Origin: Dehalococcoidia bacterium
Lineage (GTDB): Bacteria > Chloroflexota > Dehalococcoidia > DSTF01 > WHTK01
Length of the DNA: 64,000 nt
Direction: 5' to 3'
NCBI GenBank assembly: GCA_965225815.1
Contig: CBDDBP010000007.1
Span: forward strand, 221,621 to 285,620
Shown here one piece after another: positions 18,052 through 27,679 of this stretch; positions within the stretch are counted from its first letter, which is position 1; the number at the start of each line of letters is the position of its first letter. A model generated the notes under the pieces. That model was not told where the DNA came from. It made no database searches and saw only the letters and a program-made list of their open reading frames with translations. The position numbers were made by a program, and so were the translations under genes.

Positions 18052-18774
18052 ATGGGGCCCGTGTTACACTTGGGCACTGAATTTGGGACGGTTTATACGG
18101 ATGTTGTCATGACAGATCTCCTCGTCGGCTGGCCAGGCGGAAGCTTGGAATCGGCATTACAGCTTCTCGCGCTGGTGCTGGTTTCGTATGCGCTTGTGCT
18201 CTGGCTGAGCGCTGTGATCTGGGCCTACCGCGACGTTCGAAGCCGGACGGACGACCAAACATCGCAGATCATCGCTGTCGTACTCGTCGCCGTTTTCAAC
18301 GTGCCGGGGCTGCTGGTCTACCTGGTTATTCGGCCGCACGGGACGATGGAAGGGCTGTTCGAACGATCGATTGAAAACGAAGCGATGCTGCATGAGTTGC
18401 AGCTCTCGGCGAACGCCTGTCAAAGCTGTAGGCGGCCGATTGAGGACGAGTTCGTTATCTGTCCCTGGTGCCGGATTATTTTGAGAGAGCCGTGTCGGAA
18501 CTGCAGCAAGGCGGTACGCACGAGCTGGTTGGCGTGCCCTTACTGCACTGCGGATCGCGTGCCACCGCGACCCCAACCGGTGGCGCAGACGCCAGGGGAT
18601 GGAAACGCTATCGTGCCGCCGCGACGTCGCCCAGAGCAGCGGCAACGGCCACCGCAGCGGCCGCGACAGGCGCCACCACAACGCGAGCCTCTGGCACAAC
18701 GAGCCGCGCCCACACCGGCTGACGGGCAGGATGAAGACGAAGAGTCACTGACGAGGCCGCAGGGCCGCAGTTAA
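18052..18774 (+). CDS. membrane protein with PLD-nuclease N-terminal (PLDc_N)-like TM domain and double zinc-ribbon, Pro-rich tail
   Basis: LVLWLSAVIWAYRDVRSR...VPGLLVYLVIRP (PLDc_N-like), then CQSCRRP...CPWCRI...CRNCSKA...CPYCTA. The start is uncertain (TTG 18007, ATG 18052, ATG 18109). Confidence 0.4.
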   Translation: MGPVLHLGTEFGTVYTDVVMTDLLVGWPGGSLESALQLLALVLVSYALVLWLSAVIWAYRDVRSRTDDQTSQIIAVVLVAVFNVPGLLVYLVIRPHGTMEGLFERSIENEAMLHELQLSANACQSCRRPIEDEFVICPWCRIILREPCRNCSKAVRTSWLACPYCTADRVPPRPQPVAQTPGDGNAIVPPRRRPEQRQRPPQRPRQAPPQREPLAQRAAPTPADGQDEDEESLTRPQGRS

Positions 18775-18812
18775 CCGCCAGCTCCCTTAGTTCTTACTTC
18801 TTCCGGACGGTT

Positions 18813-19712
18813 TCAGGCGTCGATTTTTCGCGTGAGGCTGGTGAAGTCCAGGCGTTCTTCAAGGTGCGCGTAGGCGGCATTGGCCTTGCGATCACCGCGA
18901 AAGCGAGTGGAAGACCAGGCTTCAGCGAGCGCCGCGATGGTACCCGGCGTGTCCTGATCGGAGAGCAAGATGGTGGTTGCCTCGTTGCTGGCGCGGTCGA
19001 TGACGTAGGGCGACGGCTCGCGGCCGCCGGTGATGACGAGGCATGCGGCGTTGCTCTCGATCGCGGCGAGGTGCAAGTCAGTCTTGTTGAAGGGCGCGAG
19101 GATCGCCTGGGAGGCGAAGCGCTGGAACAGGGGGGTCGCCGGGTCGGCAAATACGGGGCCGACGATCACGTCCTCGACGACCTCGCGCTCGTTCTCGCCG
19201 GCGTACAGGACGCGAGCGCCGAGAACCGCGCCGATCTCGCCGACGCTGGGCGCGGCGAGGCTCCGGTCTTCGGGCAGCAAGGCCAGCGGGCGGAGTTCGC
19301 CGTTGGTCAGAAGGCGGGCGACGTCTTCGATGGCGCCGGGATTAACGGCAACGGCGATTGAGCCAATAAGACGGTCGCCGAGGGCGGCGGCGAGGGCTTT
19401 GTCGGCGTCGGCCGGTTCGCCCCGGATCGCGACGATGGCAGGCAACTTCGCATCCGGTTCGGCGCCACTATCGAGTTCGATTACCAGGGTTTCGCTGCGG
19501 CTTGCGGCAGGCATCCGAGTCACGGGCTTCTCGGCGGCGGAAGCGAAAAGGTAGGTGGCGAAGGTCAGGGCATCTTCATCGGCCGCCTCACCTTTGCCAT
19601 GACGCACGAGGCGGACTTTTGCGCCGTTGGCGGCAAGACCGCGAGCTATCGCCACGGCGATTGTGCTCTTGCCGGCGAAGGGTTGGCTGGAGACGACCTG
19701 AAGGGCTGGCAT
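18813..19712 (-). CDS. phosphotransacetylase N-terminal-like (AAA_26 + DRTGG domain) protein without the Pta catalytic domain
   Basis: The N-terminus, QVVSSQPFAGKSTIAVAIARGLAANGAKVRLVR, resembles the BioD-like N-domain of Pta. A DRTGG-like ...ACLVITGGREPSPYVIDRAS... region follows. Only 299 aa. Confidence 0.45.
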   Translation of the reverse strand: MPALQVVSSQPFAGKSTIAVAIARGLAANGAKVRLVRHGKGEAADEDALTFATYLFASAAEKPVTRMPAASRSETLVIELDSGAEPDAKLPAIVAIRGEPADADKALAAALGDRLIGSIAVAVNPGAIEDVARLLTNGELRPLALLPEDRSLAAPSVGEIGAVLGARVLYAGENEREVVEDVIVGPVFADPATPLFQRFASQAILAPFNKTDLHLAAIESNAACLVITGGREPSPYVIDRASNEATTILLSDQDTPGTIAALAEAWSSTRFRGDRKANAAYAHLEERLDFTSLTRKIDA

Positions 19713-19765
19713 GGAGCGAAGTATAGCAATCGCGCCAATTAGGGACGACGGGTTAGGCTGGCGGC

Positions 19766-20725
19766 GTGCTGGGTGCCCTTGTTGCCCTTTTCTCCGCGCT
19801 CTCCTTCAGCCTGAGCGACGTCTCGGTACGTCGTGGGGTTTTGAAGGCGCCGGTCTCGCAAGGCGCCTTCGTCACGATCCTCCTGGGCGTGCCGCTGTTC
19901 GCAATCGCTGCACTGGTCACGGGTCAGCTGTTCGACCTGGGCGAGCTCTCGCGCAAAGGCTACGTGCTCATGGGCCTGGCGGGCATCGTGCATTACGTGA
20001 TCGGGCGTTTTTTCAACTACGCGGCGATCGGCGCGATCGGCGCGGCGCGGAGCAATCCGATTCAGTCGCTGGCACTGCCGTACAGCGTGCTGGTCGCGTA
20101 CTTGACGCTGGACGAAGGTGTATCGACGGGCATGGCGATTGGCATCGTGCTGATCCTGCTGGGTCCGGCGATCATCGTGGAGCGGCGTTCGGCAGCGGTT
20201 AAGGTAACGCCCCAGGCCGTGTCGTCCGATGCCGCGGCCTCGACTGCCGTGCCGGCACAAACCACAGGCTTCGAGCTGCGCCAGGCGGAAGGGTATTTGT
20301 TCGCATTCATCGCGGCGATCTCTTATGGATCGAGCCCGATCTTTATCCGAGCGGCGCTGGATGACGCGTCGGGTGTCTCGATCCTGGGCGGGTTTGTTTC
20401 GTACGTGGCAGCCGCGGGACTGTTATTAGCGACGCTCCTGATACCGGGAAAGCGGCAGCTGGCAGGGACGTTCAAATTGCCGGTGTTCCGGGCATTTGCT
20501 CCAGCCGGCTTCTTCGTCTTCCTGGCGCAGATGCTGCGATTCATCTCGCTGTCGCTGGCTTCGGTCGCGGTCGTGACGACGATGCTGCGCTTCGGCGGTA
20601 TTTCGACGCTGCTGCTGTCCTGGTGGTTCAACCGCAGCCTGGAGCGGATCACGTGGCGATTGGTGGCCGGGGTTCTGATGTCACTGGCGGGCGCGATCCT
20701 CATAGTGTTGACGCGTGTCGATTAG
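19766..20725 (+). CDS. EamA/DMT-superfamily transporter
   Basis: Ten predicted TM helices with the duplicated EamA pattern. GTG start. Confidence 0.6.
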   Translation: MLGALVALFSALSFSLSDVSVRRGVLKAPVSQGAFVTILLGVPLFAIAALVTGQLFDLGELSRKGYVLMGLAGIVHYVIGRFFNYAAIGAIGAARSNPIQSLALPYSVLVAYLTLDEGVSTGMAIGIVLILLGPAIIVERRSAAVKVTPQAVSSDAAASTAVPAQTTGFELRQAEGYLFAFIAAISYGSSPIFIRAALDDASGVSILGGFVSYVAAAGLLLATLLIPGKRQLAGTFKLPVFRAFAPAGFFVFLAQMLRFISLSLASVAVVTTMLRFGGISTLLLSWWFNRSLERITWRLVAGVLMSLAGAILIVLTRVD

Positions 20726-20740
20726 GCTAGGATTCGAGCG

Positions 20741-21520
20741 ATGAGTGGTTTGGACGACGCAGTCGCGGCGGCGCTGAGGACACTGGGCGAGCGGCCATCG
20801 GCGCTGGTAACGGATGTCGACGGGACGTTGAGCCGTATCGTGGCGCGGCCGGAAGACGCCACGGTCGAAGAGCTAGCGCGCCAGAGCCTGAGACGGTTGG
20901 CAGGGTGCCTAGAGCTGGTTGCGGTGATTACGGGTCGCGAAGAGAGCGTCGCGCGAGGCATGGTTGGCGTCCCGGGACTGACCTACGTCGGCAGCTACGC
21001 TTTGGACTCGACGCGGGGACTGAGGTTCGAAGCCATAGAGCCGGCGCTCGCGTTGGTCCTGCCAGGGCTGGAAGTGATGCCGTGCGTTGAACTGGAGCGC
21101 AAAGAGGTGAGCTTCGCCCTGCACTATCGAAACTGCGTCGATACGGAGCGAATCGGCGCCGAGCTCAGGGAGTTTCTGGAGCCGATCGCGCTGACAACGG
21201 GAACGCAGCTTCTCGAGGGCAAGCTCGTGATCGAAGTGGCCCCCGCAGCGCTGCCGGACAAGGGCACGGCGCTGACAGGTCTGCTGCTGGAGCACGAGAT
21301 CCGGGGCGCTGTCTTCGTGGGTGACGACCTGGCGGACGCCGCGGCGTTTCGAGAGCTGCGAAACCGGCGCGCCGAGGGCAGGGCAGCCGGCTTATGCATC
21401 GCGGTGGTGGACGAGGAAACGCCACCAGCGGTCAGGGATGCAGCCGACCTGGAGCTGCATGGCGTTGACGAAGTCGAGCGCTTCCTGGCATCGCTGGCGG
21501 AGCAGCTGATGACGGAATAG
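20741..21520 (+). CDS. otsB: trehalose-6-phosphate phosphatase OtsB (HAD-IIB)
   Basis: DVDGTL HAD motif I, with GDDLADAAAF late in the sequence. No otsA lies adjacent. Confidence 0.65.
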   Translation: MSGLDDAVAAALRTLGERPSALVTDVDGTLSRIVARPEDATVEELARQSLRRLAGCLELVAVITGREESVARGMVGVPGLTYVGSYALDSTRGLRFEAIEPALALVLPGLEVMPCVELERKEVSFALHYRNCVDTERIGAELREFLEPIALTTGTQLLEGKLVIEVAPAALPDKGTALTGLLLEHEIRGAVFVGDDLADAAAFRELRNRRAEGRAAGLCIAVVDEETPPAVRDAADLELHGVDEVERFLASLAEQLMTE

Positions 21521-21523
21521 GGT

Positions 21524-22804
21524 CTACGGGAAGAGGACGGGCTGGACGCCCTGTGACGGCTTCGAGCCATTGGTACCGACGGCTCGCCCGCCTTTAGCGC
21601 GCTTGCGGCGAGAGCCGCGTGCATCGACGCGAGCCGGGAAACCGCCGTCAGAAACCTTGATGACGAGGCCGTCGCCTGAGGTGACGTCGGCGATCGTGCT
21701 GACGACGCTGCCGCCCTTGTGGACGACGGCGTAGCCCCGGTCGAGGGTTGCCTGGGGGTCGAGCGTGACGAGCTGGGCGCGAGAGCGAATCATCGCGTCG
21801 CGATGCTCTCGCTGGGTGGCCTGTATGGCGCGCAGGACGCGGCGTTCGAGGTCGTCGAGGCGTTGACGCTGACGGTCGACATCCGTTGCGCCGCGGGCAG
21901 CGCGAGCCATAAGCGCCTCGACGCCGGAGCGCTCACGGTCGAGTTGCTCCTGCATCTTGCCGACGGTGAAGACGATGGCGCCCCGGAGCTGAGAAGCAAC
22001 CTGGTACATGTCTGGGACGACGAGCTCGGCGGCGGCAGACGGCGTCGGTGCGCGCAGGTCGGCGACGTCATCGCAGATCGTGAAGTCGGTCTCGTGGCCG
22101 ACAGCGGAGACGACCGGGATCAGCGAGCCGAAAACGGCGCGCGCGACGGGCTCCTCGTTAAAGGTCCAGAGCTCTTCAACGGAGCCACCACCGCGGGCGA
22201 CGATGATGACGTCGATATCAGGCTCGGCGTTGAGTTGTTCGATGCCGCCAACGACACCGAAGACCGCGTCCGGGCCCTGAACAGGCGTCGGCGAGAGGAC
22301 GACTTCTGAGAGCGGCCAGCGGCGTTGGATGACGTTGCAGATGTCATGGAATACGGCTCCGGCCGGCGAGGTCACCACGCCAATGCGACGGGGGAAGGCG
22401 GGCAGGGGACGCTTGCGGCTCGCGTCGAAGAGGCCTTCCTCCTGGAGGTGCTGGCGGAGGAGTTCGAACTGGGCGTGTAGCAGACCGACGCCTTCCGGCT
22501 GAACGAAGTCGACGACGACCTGAAGCTCGCCACGGGCCTCGTAAATCGTGACGCGGCCGTGGACGATGACTTGAGAACCTTGAGAGAGGTGCTCGGCGAT
22601 GCGCGGGGCGCGCAACATGGCGGAACGAAACAGGACGCCTCGGAGCTGCGCCTCCCCGTCTTTGAGGGTGAAATAGGTATGTCCAGAGGGCTGGGTGCGA
22701 GGCCCGGAGACTTCGCCGCTGATCCAGACGTCGGCCAGGACGATGTTGCTCTCGAGGAGTTCGCGAAGGTAGCCAAGAGCCTGTGAGACGGAGAGGACTT
22801 GCAT
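21524..22804 (-). CDS. xseA: exodeoxyribonuclease VII large subunit XseA
   Basis: N-terminal OB fold (VWISGEVSG...HTYFTLKD) plus the catalytic and coiled-coil regions. 426 aa. It lies about 9 kb from xseB. Confidence 0.8.
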   Translation of the reverse strand: MQVLSVSQALGYLRELLESNIVLADVWISGEVSGPRTQPSGHTYFTLKDGEAQLRGVLFRSAMLRAPRIAEHLSQGSQVIVHGRVTIYEARGELQVVVDFVQPEGVGLLHAQFELLRQHLQEEGLFDASRKRPLPAFPRRIGVVTSPAGAVFHDICNVIQRRWPLSEVVLSPTPVQGPDAVFGVVGGIEQLNAEPDIDVIIVARGGGSVEELWTFNEEPVARAVFGSLIPVVSAVGHETDFTICDDVADLRAPTPSAAAELVVPDMYQVASQLRGAIVFTVGKMQEQLDRERSGVEALMARAARGATDVDRQRQRLDDLERRVLRAIQATQREHRDAMIRSRAQLVTLDPQATLDRGYAVVHKGGSVVSTIADVTSGDGLVIKVSDGGFPARVDARGSRRKRAKGGRAVGTNGSKPSQGVQPVLFP

Positions 22805-23147
22805 GCTGGGAGTATACGGCGGGAGACGCGGGGCGGCAGATGTAGAGCGAGGGCGAATTCTATGCGTGTTTTTTACAAACGCGGGTAGACAGGTGATCAG
22901 ATCTGTGCTTATACTGCCGCTGGCTGTGGCGGGCCGAACAGCACATCGCTCGACCAGTGTGGATTAGAGTCAACTTACTTGCCCCGCCGGCTCTACTCCA
23001 CGTTCTTTCGCAGTCCTGGTCGAAATGGCTAAATGGTTCTCCTCCTCAACGGATACCCGGTCCGCCGCAGTCACCAACTAACCCCTCGGTTTCAGTCAGC
23101 GCTTGAGGCGTCAGCCAGGCTTTGCTGGTAAGTCGAGTGTTTCCGTC

Positions 23148-23762
23148 TCAGCGGCAGGCGGGTACGAATTCGGCCGTCGGCGAGTCGGTGGGGATGAAGT
23201 TGTCGAAGAGGCATTCGCCGGATGCGGTATCGAGGACGGCGTAGGAGAGCCGGCGTCCGTTTTGGAGGTCGCGAGGGTCGCCGCAGGAGCCCGGGTTGAT
23301 CACAAGCGCGCGGCCGGCAGGTTCGGCCATCTGAGTGTGGGTATGACCCAAGAGGACGTAGTCGGCTTCGATCTCGGCCAGACGTCGAAACTCGGGCGAG
23401 CCGGGGAAGACATACTGCGTGCCGGGCTCCAGGGGGCTGGCATGAGTCATGACGAGCCGCTTGCCTCCGACATCGACGTCGAGGCTGAGCGGCTGCCGAG
23501 ACATGTACTCGACGAGATCGTCGCGGACGTTTGCGGCATTTCGGGCGCGGATGCCCTGCGGGCCGAGAAAGACCGTCTCGTGGTTTCCCAGCACGTAGCG
23601 CGCGTTACTGTCGCGCAGGACCTCGATGACCTCGTTGCTGAAGCGGTACTCGAAGATCGAGTCGCCGACGCAGAGCAACTCATCGACGGCGCCCATGCGC
23701 TCGATCGCGAGCCGCAGGGCGGCAGCGTTGCAGTGAACGTCGGAGATGATGCCGAGGCGCAT
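23148..23762 (-). CDS. metallophosphoesterase (YfcE/MJ0936-like calcineurin-type phosphoesterase)
   Basis: GIISDVHCN...GDSIFEY...GNHE...GHTH motif series. Confidence 0.65.
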   Translation of the reverse strand: MRLGIISDVHCNAAALRLAIERMGAVDELLCVGDSIFEYRFSNEVIEVLRDSNARYVLGNHETVFLGPQGIRARNAANVRDDLVEYMSRQPLSLDVDVGGKRLVMTHASPLEPGTQYVFPGSPEFRRLAEIEADYVLLGHTHTQMAEPAGRALVINPGSCGDPRDLQNGRRLSYAVLDTASGECLFDNFIPTDSPTAEFVPACR

Positions 23763-23781
23763 ATCTCAGGCTAGCACGCGA

Positions 23782-25626
23782 CTACTCGACGGTGACGACT
23801 TTGGCGAGGTTGCGCGGCTGGTCGACATCGCAGCCTTTGAGCCGAGCCAGGTGATACGCGAAAAGCTGCAAAGGGATGGCCGTCACCAGCGGCTGTAGCA
23901 GCGGTGGCGCGTTGGGAACGTAAACAACGTCGCGAACGCGGTCGCGAATCGATTCATTGCCTTCCGTGGCGATGGCAATGACGATGCCGTCGCGGGCTCG
24001 GACTTCCTCGATGTTGTTGAGCATCTTGACGTAGTGCTCATCCCGCACGGCGATGGCGACGACCGGCATCTTGGCGTCGATCAGCGAGATCGGACCGTGT
24101 TTCATCTCGCCGGCGGGGTAGCCTTCGGCGTGAATGTAGGAAACCTCTTTGAGCTTAAGGGCTCCCTCCATTGCGCTGGTGTACTGGATGCCGCGGCCAA
24201 GGAAGAGGACGTTACGGGCGCGTCGATAGCGCCGGGCGAGTTTTTCAACCGCGGGCTCGGTCTTCAGCGCTTCGCCGATGATCTGGGGCGCCCGGGCAAG
24301 GTCGCTGAGGGCGGCGAGGAGATGGTCGCCGCCGAGGAAGCCGCGCTTGTGGCCGATGTAGCAGGCCAGTAGATAGAGCGCGGTCAGCGAGCCGAGATAG
24401 GTCTTGGTGGAAGCGACAGCGACTTCAGGCCCGCATTGCATGTAGACGATGCCATGGGCCAGCCGCGTGGCCTGAGAGCCCGGCGTGTTGCAGACCGTGA
24501 CGACGTGAGCGCCACGGCGCTTCGCTTCGAGCATCGCACCCAGGGTGTCGACGGATTCTCCCGACTGGCCGACGGAGACGACGAGGGTGCGCTTATCGAG
24601 CACGGGGCGGCGGTAGCGGTACTCGGAGGCGTTGTCGGCCTCGGCGGGTAAGCCGGCGAGCTGTTCGACATAGATTCGACCGACCTGGGCGGCGTGGAAG
24701 CTCGTCCCCATCCCGATGAGGACGACCCGGTCGAGGTCTGAGATCTCACGGTCACTGAGATTGAGGTCTGCGAGGTGGACGGCGGGCGGTTCGAGCTGGG
24801 CGGCATCGCGTAGCGTGTCGAGCACGGCCTCTGGCTGCTCCGCGATCTCCTTCGCCATGTAGTGGTCGTAGAGGCCTTTGCCGGCGACGTATGAGCCGAC
24901 GGGCAGCGTCTGTGGCTCTTTTTGAATCGGCTGGCCGTTGAAATCGGAATACCTTGCGCCGCTGCTGGTGACGCAGGCCATCTCGCCGTCCTCGAGAAAG
25001 ACGACGCTCTGGCTTCGATCTGCGATGGCGGGGAGGTCGCTAGCAACGAGCATCTCGTCCTTGCCGTAGCCGATAACGACGCCGCCGGCGTTGGCGACCC
25101 GCGCCGCGACAATGACGCCGGGTTCCTGCTGGTGGATCGTGAGGACGGCCGCTGCACCTTCGATCCGGCTCAGGGCCGCCGCGGTGGCGCCCGCGAGGTC
25201 GAGGCCGTTCTTGATTCCGGATTCGATGAGATGAGGAATGACCTCCGTGTCGGTCTGGGAGCGGAATTCACAGCCCTTCGATTCGAGCTCGAGTCGCAGC
25301 TCGCGGTGGTTTTCGACGATGCCGTTGTGGATGACGGCGATCTCGTTACTGCAATCGAGGTGAGGATGGGCGTTGAGTTGCGAAGCGCGGCCGTGGGTGG
25401 CCCAACGCGTGTGGCCGATCCCCGTGCCCGTGCCTTTGAGTGAGGCAGGGATCTTGTTGCGCAGGTTGACCAGCTTGCCAGCGTCCTTGGCGGTGGCCAG
25501 GGCGCCGTGGCTATCGATCACGGCGATGCCGGCGCTGTCGTAGCCGCGATATTCGAGCTGAGACAGGCCGTCGAGGACAACGGGGACGGCCTCGTCAGGG
25601 CCGACGTAGCCAACGATGCCACACAT
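23782..25626 (-). CDS. glmS: glutamine--fructose-6-phosphate aminotransferase GlmS
   Basis: N-terminal MCGIVGYVG (Ntn Cys), two SIS domains, and the C-terminal ...VTVE. 614 aa. Confidence 0.9.
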   Translation of the reverse strand: MCGIVGYVGPDEAVPVVLDGLSQLEYRGYDSAGIAVIDSHGALATAKDAGKLVNLRNKIPASLKGTGTGIGHTRWATHGRASQLNAHPHLDCSNEIAVIHNGIVENHRELRLELESKGCEFRSQTDTEVIPHLIESGIKNGLDLAGATAAALSRIEGAAAVLTIHQQEPGVIVAARVANAGGVVIGYGKDEMLVASDLPAIADRSQSVVFLEDGEMACVTSSGARYSDFNGQPIQKEPQTLPVGSYVAGKGLYDHYMAKEIAEQPEAVLDTLRDAAQLEPPAVHLADLNLSDREISDLDRVVLIGMGTSFHAAQVGRIYVEQLAGLPAEADNASEYRYRRPVLDKRTLVVSVGQSGESVDTLGAMLEAKRRGAHVVTVCNTPGSQATRLAHGIVYMQCGPEVAVASTKTYLGSLTALYLLACYIGHKRGFLGGDHLLAALSDLARAPQIIGEALKTEPAVEKLARRYRRARNVLFLGRGIQYTSAMEGALKLKEVSYIHAEGYPAGEMKHGPISLIDAKMPVVAIAVRDEHYVKMLNNIEEVRARDGIVIAIATEGNESIRDRVRDVVYVPNAPPLLQPLVTAIPLQLFAYHLARLKGCDVDQPRNLAKVVTVE

Positions 25627-25754
25627 GCGGGCCTCCGGTGCGGCGCGAGACGCGTCTTTGCGTACCTACGAATCGTAGGCAGCACGACACGCCGCGGCGA
25701 CCGCGACTATGAGGAGGAACGGAGGACTGTCTGGGGAATCGCGAAGTCTTCGCG

Positions 25755-25960
25755 ATGCACGTCGGCGCAGTTTTGTCGGGAGCTTGCGCATCCCGGTTTG
25801 TCTGCGACGTTACGACTGTGCCAGCCGAGAGGCCACCCGCCGAGTTTTTCGAAGAGCCTCTTCCTCGTCATCCGATTGGCTTTGAAAGCCCGGGGACACC
25901 CCGGACCCCGCTAAAGGGGGTTACAAAGCTGGCAAATCTTCAATCGGACCTGGCGCTTTC
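25755..25960 (-). ncRNA. glmS_ribozyme: glmS ribozyme (glucosamine-6-phosphate-activated self-cleaving ribozyme) in the glmS 5' UTR
   Basis: The minus strand reads A|GCGCCAGG..., then ...UGACGAGGAAGAGGCUCUUCGAAAAACUCGGCGGGUGGCCUCUCGGCUG...GUAACG...CAAACCGGGAUGCGCAAGCUCCCGACAAAAC. The GACGAGG-AGG-UUCGAA-UCGGCGG-UG-CCUC-CGGCUG core and the CAAACC...GACAAA P4 region match the conserved glmS ribozyme pattern. It ends about 130 nt upstream of the glmS ATG. Confidence 0.7.
25879..25929. repeat. copy of the ~45-nt dispersed element (gctttgaaagcccggggacaccccggaccccgctaaagggggttacaaagc) embedded between the ribozyme's 5' AGCGCC and the GACGAGG core
   Basis: About 80% identical to the element at 7539-7579 and 7639-7680. 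In the minus-strand transcript it can fold as GCUUUG...CAAAGC closing two GC hairpins. Confidence 0.5.
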
Positions 25961-26148
25961 AGAACGACAGTCCCTGGGTCAACCTCCCTATCGAGTTGCT
26001 GGAAGTGAATATAGCACGGGTCGAACAGACCGGTAGTCAGGTGGTTCAGGGACAGGGCGGAGGGCGCCAAAGCGCTGGATGCCGAAGGGAGGGGTATATA
26101 CGCAGCTCGAGGAAGCGTCGGGAGGCGCGGCCAGCGCGTTTGAAGACG

Positions 26149-27009
26149 TTACTTGGCGGCGGCGAGCGCTTCGAGGCGTTCAACGACCTGGTCGACGACG
26201 AAGTCCGGCGTTGAGGCGCCGGCGGTGACACCGACGCGTTCCTGATCTTTAAGCCAGTCGGGGTCGATCTCGTCGGCAGTCTCTATGTGGAACGTCTCGA
26301 CACCGCGCTCGCGGGCGACGACGGCAAGATGGCGTGTGTTGGCGCTGTCGCGGCCGCCGACGACGATCATCAGCGAGACGCTATCGGCGAGGTGCATCGT
26401 CGCGGCCTGCTGCGCCGTCGTGGCGTGGCACAGGGTGTTGAGCACCCGCAGCTCGCTGATGCGGTCCATGTTGACTTCGAGCAGCGTCTTGACGAAGGAG
26501 GCGAATCGCGCCTCCGTCTCGGTGGTCTGAGACAGGATACCGACGCGGGACGGGAAGTCAGGAGGCAGCTCAGCGACGTCGCTTTCCGCCGCGAGGCAGA
26601 GGACGTAGCCGGTAGCCCAGCCGAGGACGCCGCGAACTTCTTTGTGATTGGGGTCGCCGAAGACGACGAGGGCGAAGCCTTCCTCTGTGAGGCGCTTGGC
26701 CCACTGCTGGGAGCGAGTGACGATGGGGCAGGTGGTGTCGATGATTTCGATGCCGTTGGATTCGAGATCGCTGATGACCTGCTGGCTGACGCCATGAGCC
26801 GTGATGGCGACCGGCCGGCCCGCGACCTCGGAGACGTCCGTTACGACGTCGAGGCCTTCGTCGCGCAGCCGGTTCACGACCTGCGGGTTGTGGACGACGG
26901 AGCCGAGGCTGACCATCGGCCCGCGTTCGCGGACGGACTCCTCCATCATTTCAACGGCGCGCCGGACGCCGAAGCAGAACCCCATTTCGGTGGCGCGGAC
27001 AATTTGCAT
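26149..27009 (-). CDS. ispH: 4-hydroxy-3-methylbut-2-enyl diphosphate reductase IspH
   Basis: MGFCFGVRRA N-terminus with the three conserved Cys regions of IspH/LytB. 286 aa. Confidence 0.85.
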   Translation of the reverse strand: MQIVRATEMGFCFGVRRAVEMMEESVRERGPMVSLGSVVHNPQVVNRLRDEGLDVVTDVSEVAGRPVAITAHGVSQQVISDLESNGIEIIDTTCPIVTRSQQWAKRLTEEGFALVVFGDPNHKEVRGVLGWATGYVLCLAAESDVAELPPDFPSRVGILSQTTETEARFASFVKTLLEVNMDRISELRVLNTLCHATTAQQAATMHLADSVSLMIVVGGRDSANTRHLAVVARERGVETFHIETADEIDPDWLKDQERVGVTAGASTPDFVVDQVVERLEALAAAK

Positions 27010-27011
27010 TG

Positions 27012-27677
27012 CTAGTTCACCTGCTCCGTCACGTATTCATAGTAACCGCGATTCTGCGGCGGCAACAGCGCGGCAATGTGTTCCATGATCTGACGCGTGC
27101 CTTCGCGGGCGGCTTCGGCGTTGAGGCGCTGCGGCTTTTCGAGTTGGAAGGGCTTCCCGATGGTCAGCGTCACTTTGAGGTGCCTGTCCAGGCGAAGAAA
27201 CATTCCCGGGAGCTGAAGACGGCCGCTGCCGGTGACGGCGATGGGGAGGACCGGGACGCTGCTGCGTAGAGCGACGATGGCCGCGCCCGGCAAGGCTTCG
27301 GTCAGCTTCTCGGTCGGGCCTTCGCGCGTGCCTTCAGGGAAAATGCAGACGGCCCGGCCGAGTTTGAGGTTCTCGTTCGAAATGCGCAGGGTCGAGATGT
27401 CGGCCTCGCCGCGCCGGACCGGGAAGGACCCGAAGGCGCGGAGGAATTGCGCCAACAAGGGGATGCGAAATAGCTCGATCTTGGCCATGAAGGCGATGGG
27501 CCGGCGGATGCGGGTGCAGATGATGCCGGGATCGGCGTCGTTGAGGTGGTTCGAAGCGATGACGAGCGGTCCGTCCAGCGGCAGGTTCTCGAGTCCACGG
27601 ACTTCGATGCGGCAGTAAAGGGGGAGAAGGACGTACTTCGAGAAGAGGGTCGCCGTCGTGTAGACGAAGCGGTTCAT
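27012..27677 (-). CDS. plsC: 1-acyl-sn-glycerol-3-phosphate acyltransferase PlsC
   Basis: NHLNDADPG (HxxxxD acyltransferase motif), ...FPEGTRE, and an N-terminal TM. Confidence 0.7.
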   Translation of the reverse strand: MNRFVYTTATLFSKYVLLPLYCRIEVRGLENLPLDGPLVIASNHLNDADPGIICTRIRRPIAFMAKIELFRIPLLAQFLRAFGSFPVRRGEADISTLRISNENLKLGRAVCIFPEGTREGPTEKLTEALPGAAIVALRSSVPVLPIAVTGSGRLQLPGMFLRLDRHLKVTLTIGKPFQLEKPQRLNAEAAREGTRQIMEHIAALLPPQNRGYYEYVTEQVN

Positions 27678-27679
27678 GG

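Noticed and set aside
23103-25443. Antisense ORFs over the metallophosphoesterase and glmS (23103..23774 +, 24384..25157 -, 24922..25443 +)
   Set aside because: They lie opposite strongly supported genes and have no motifs. This is expected noise at this GC content.
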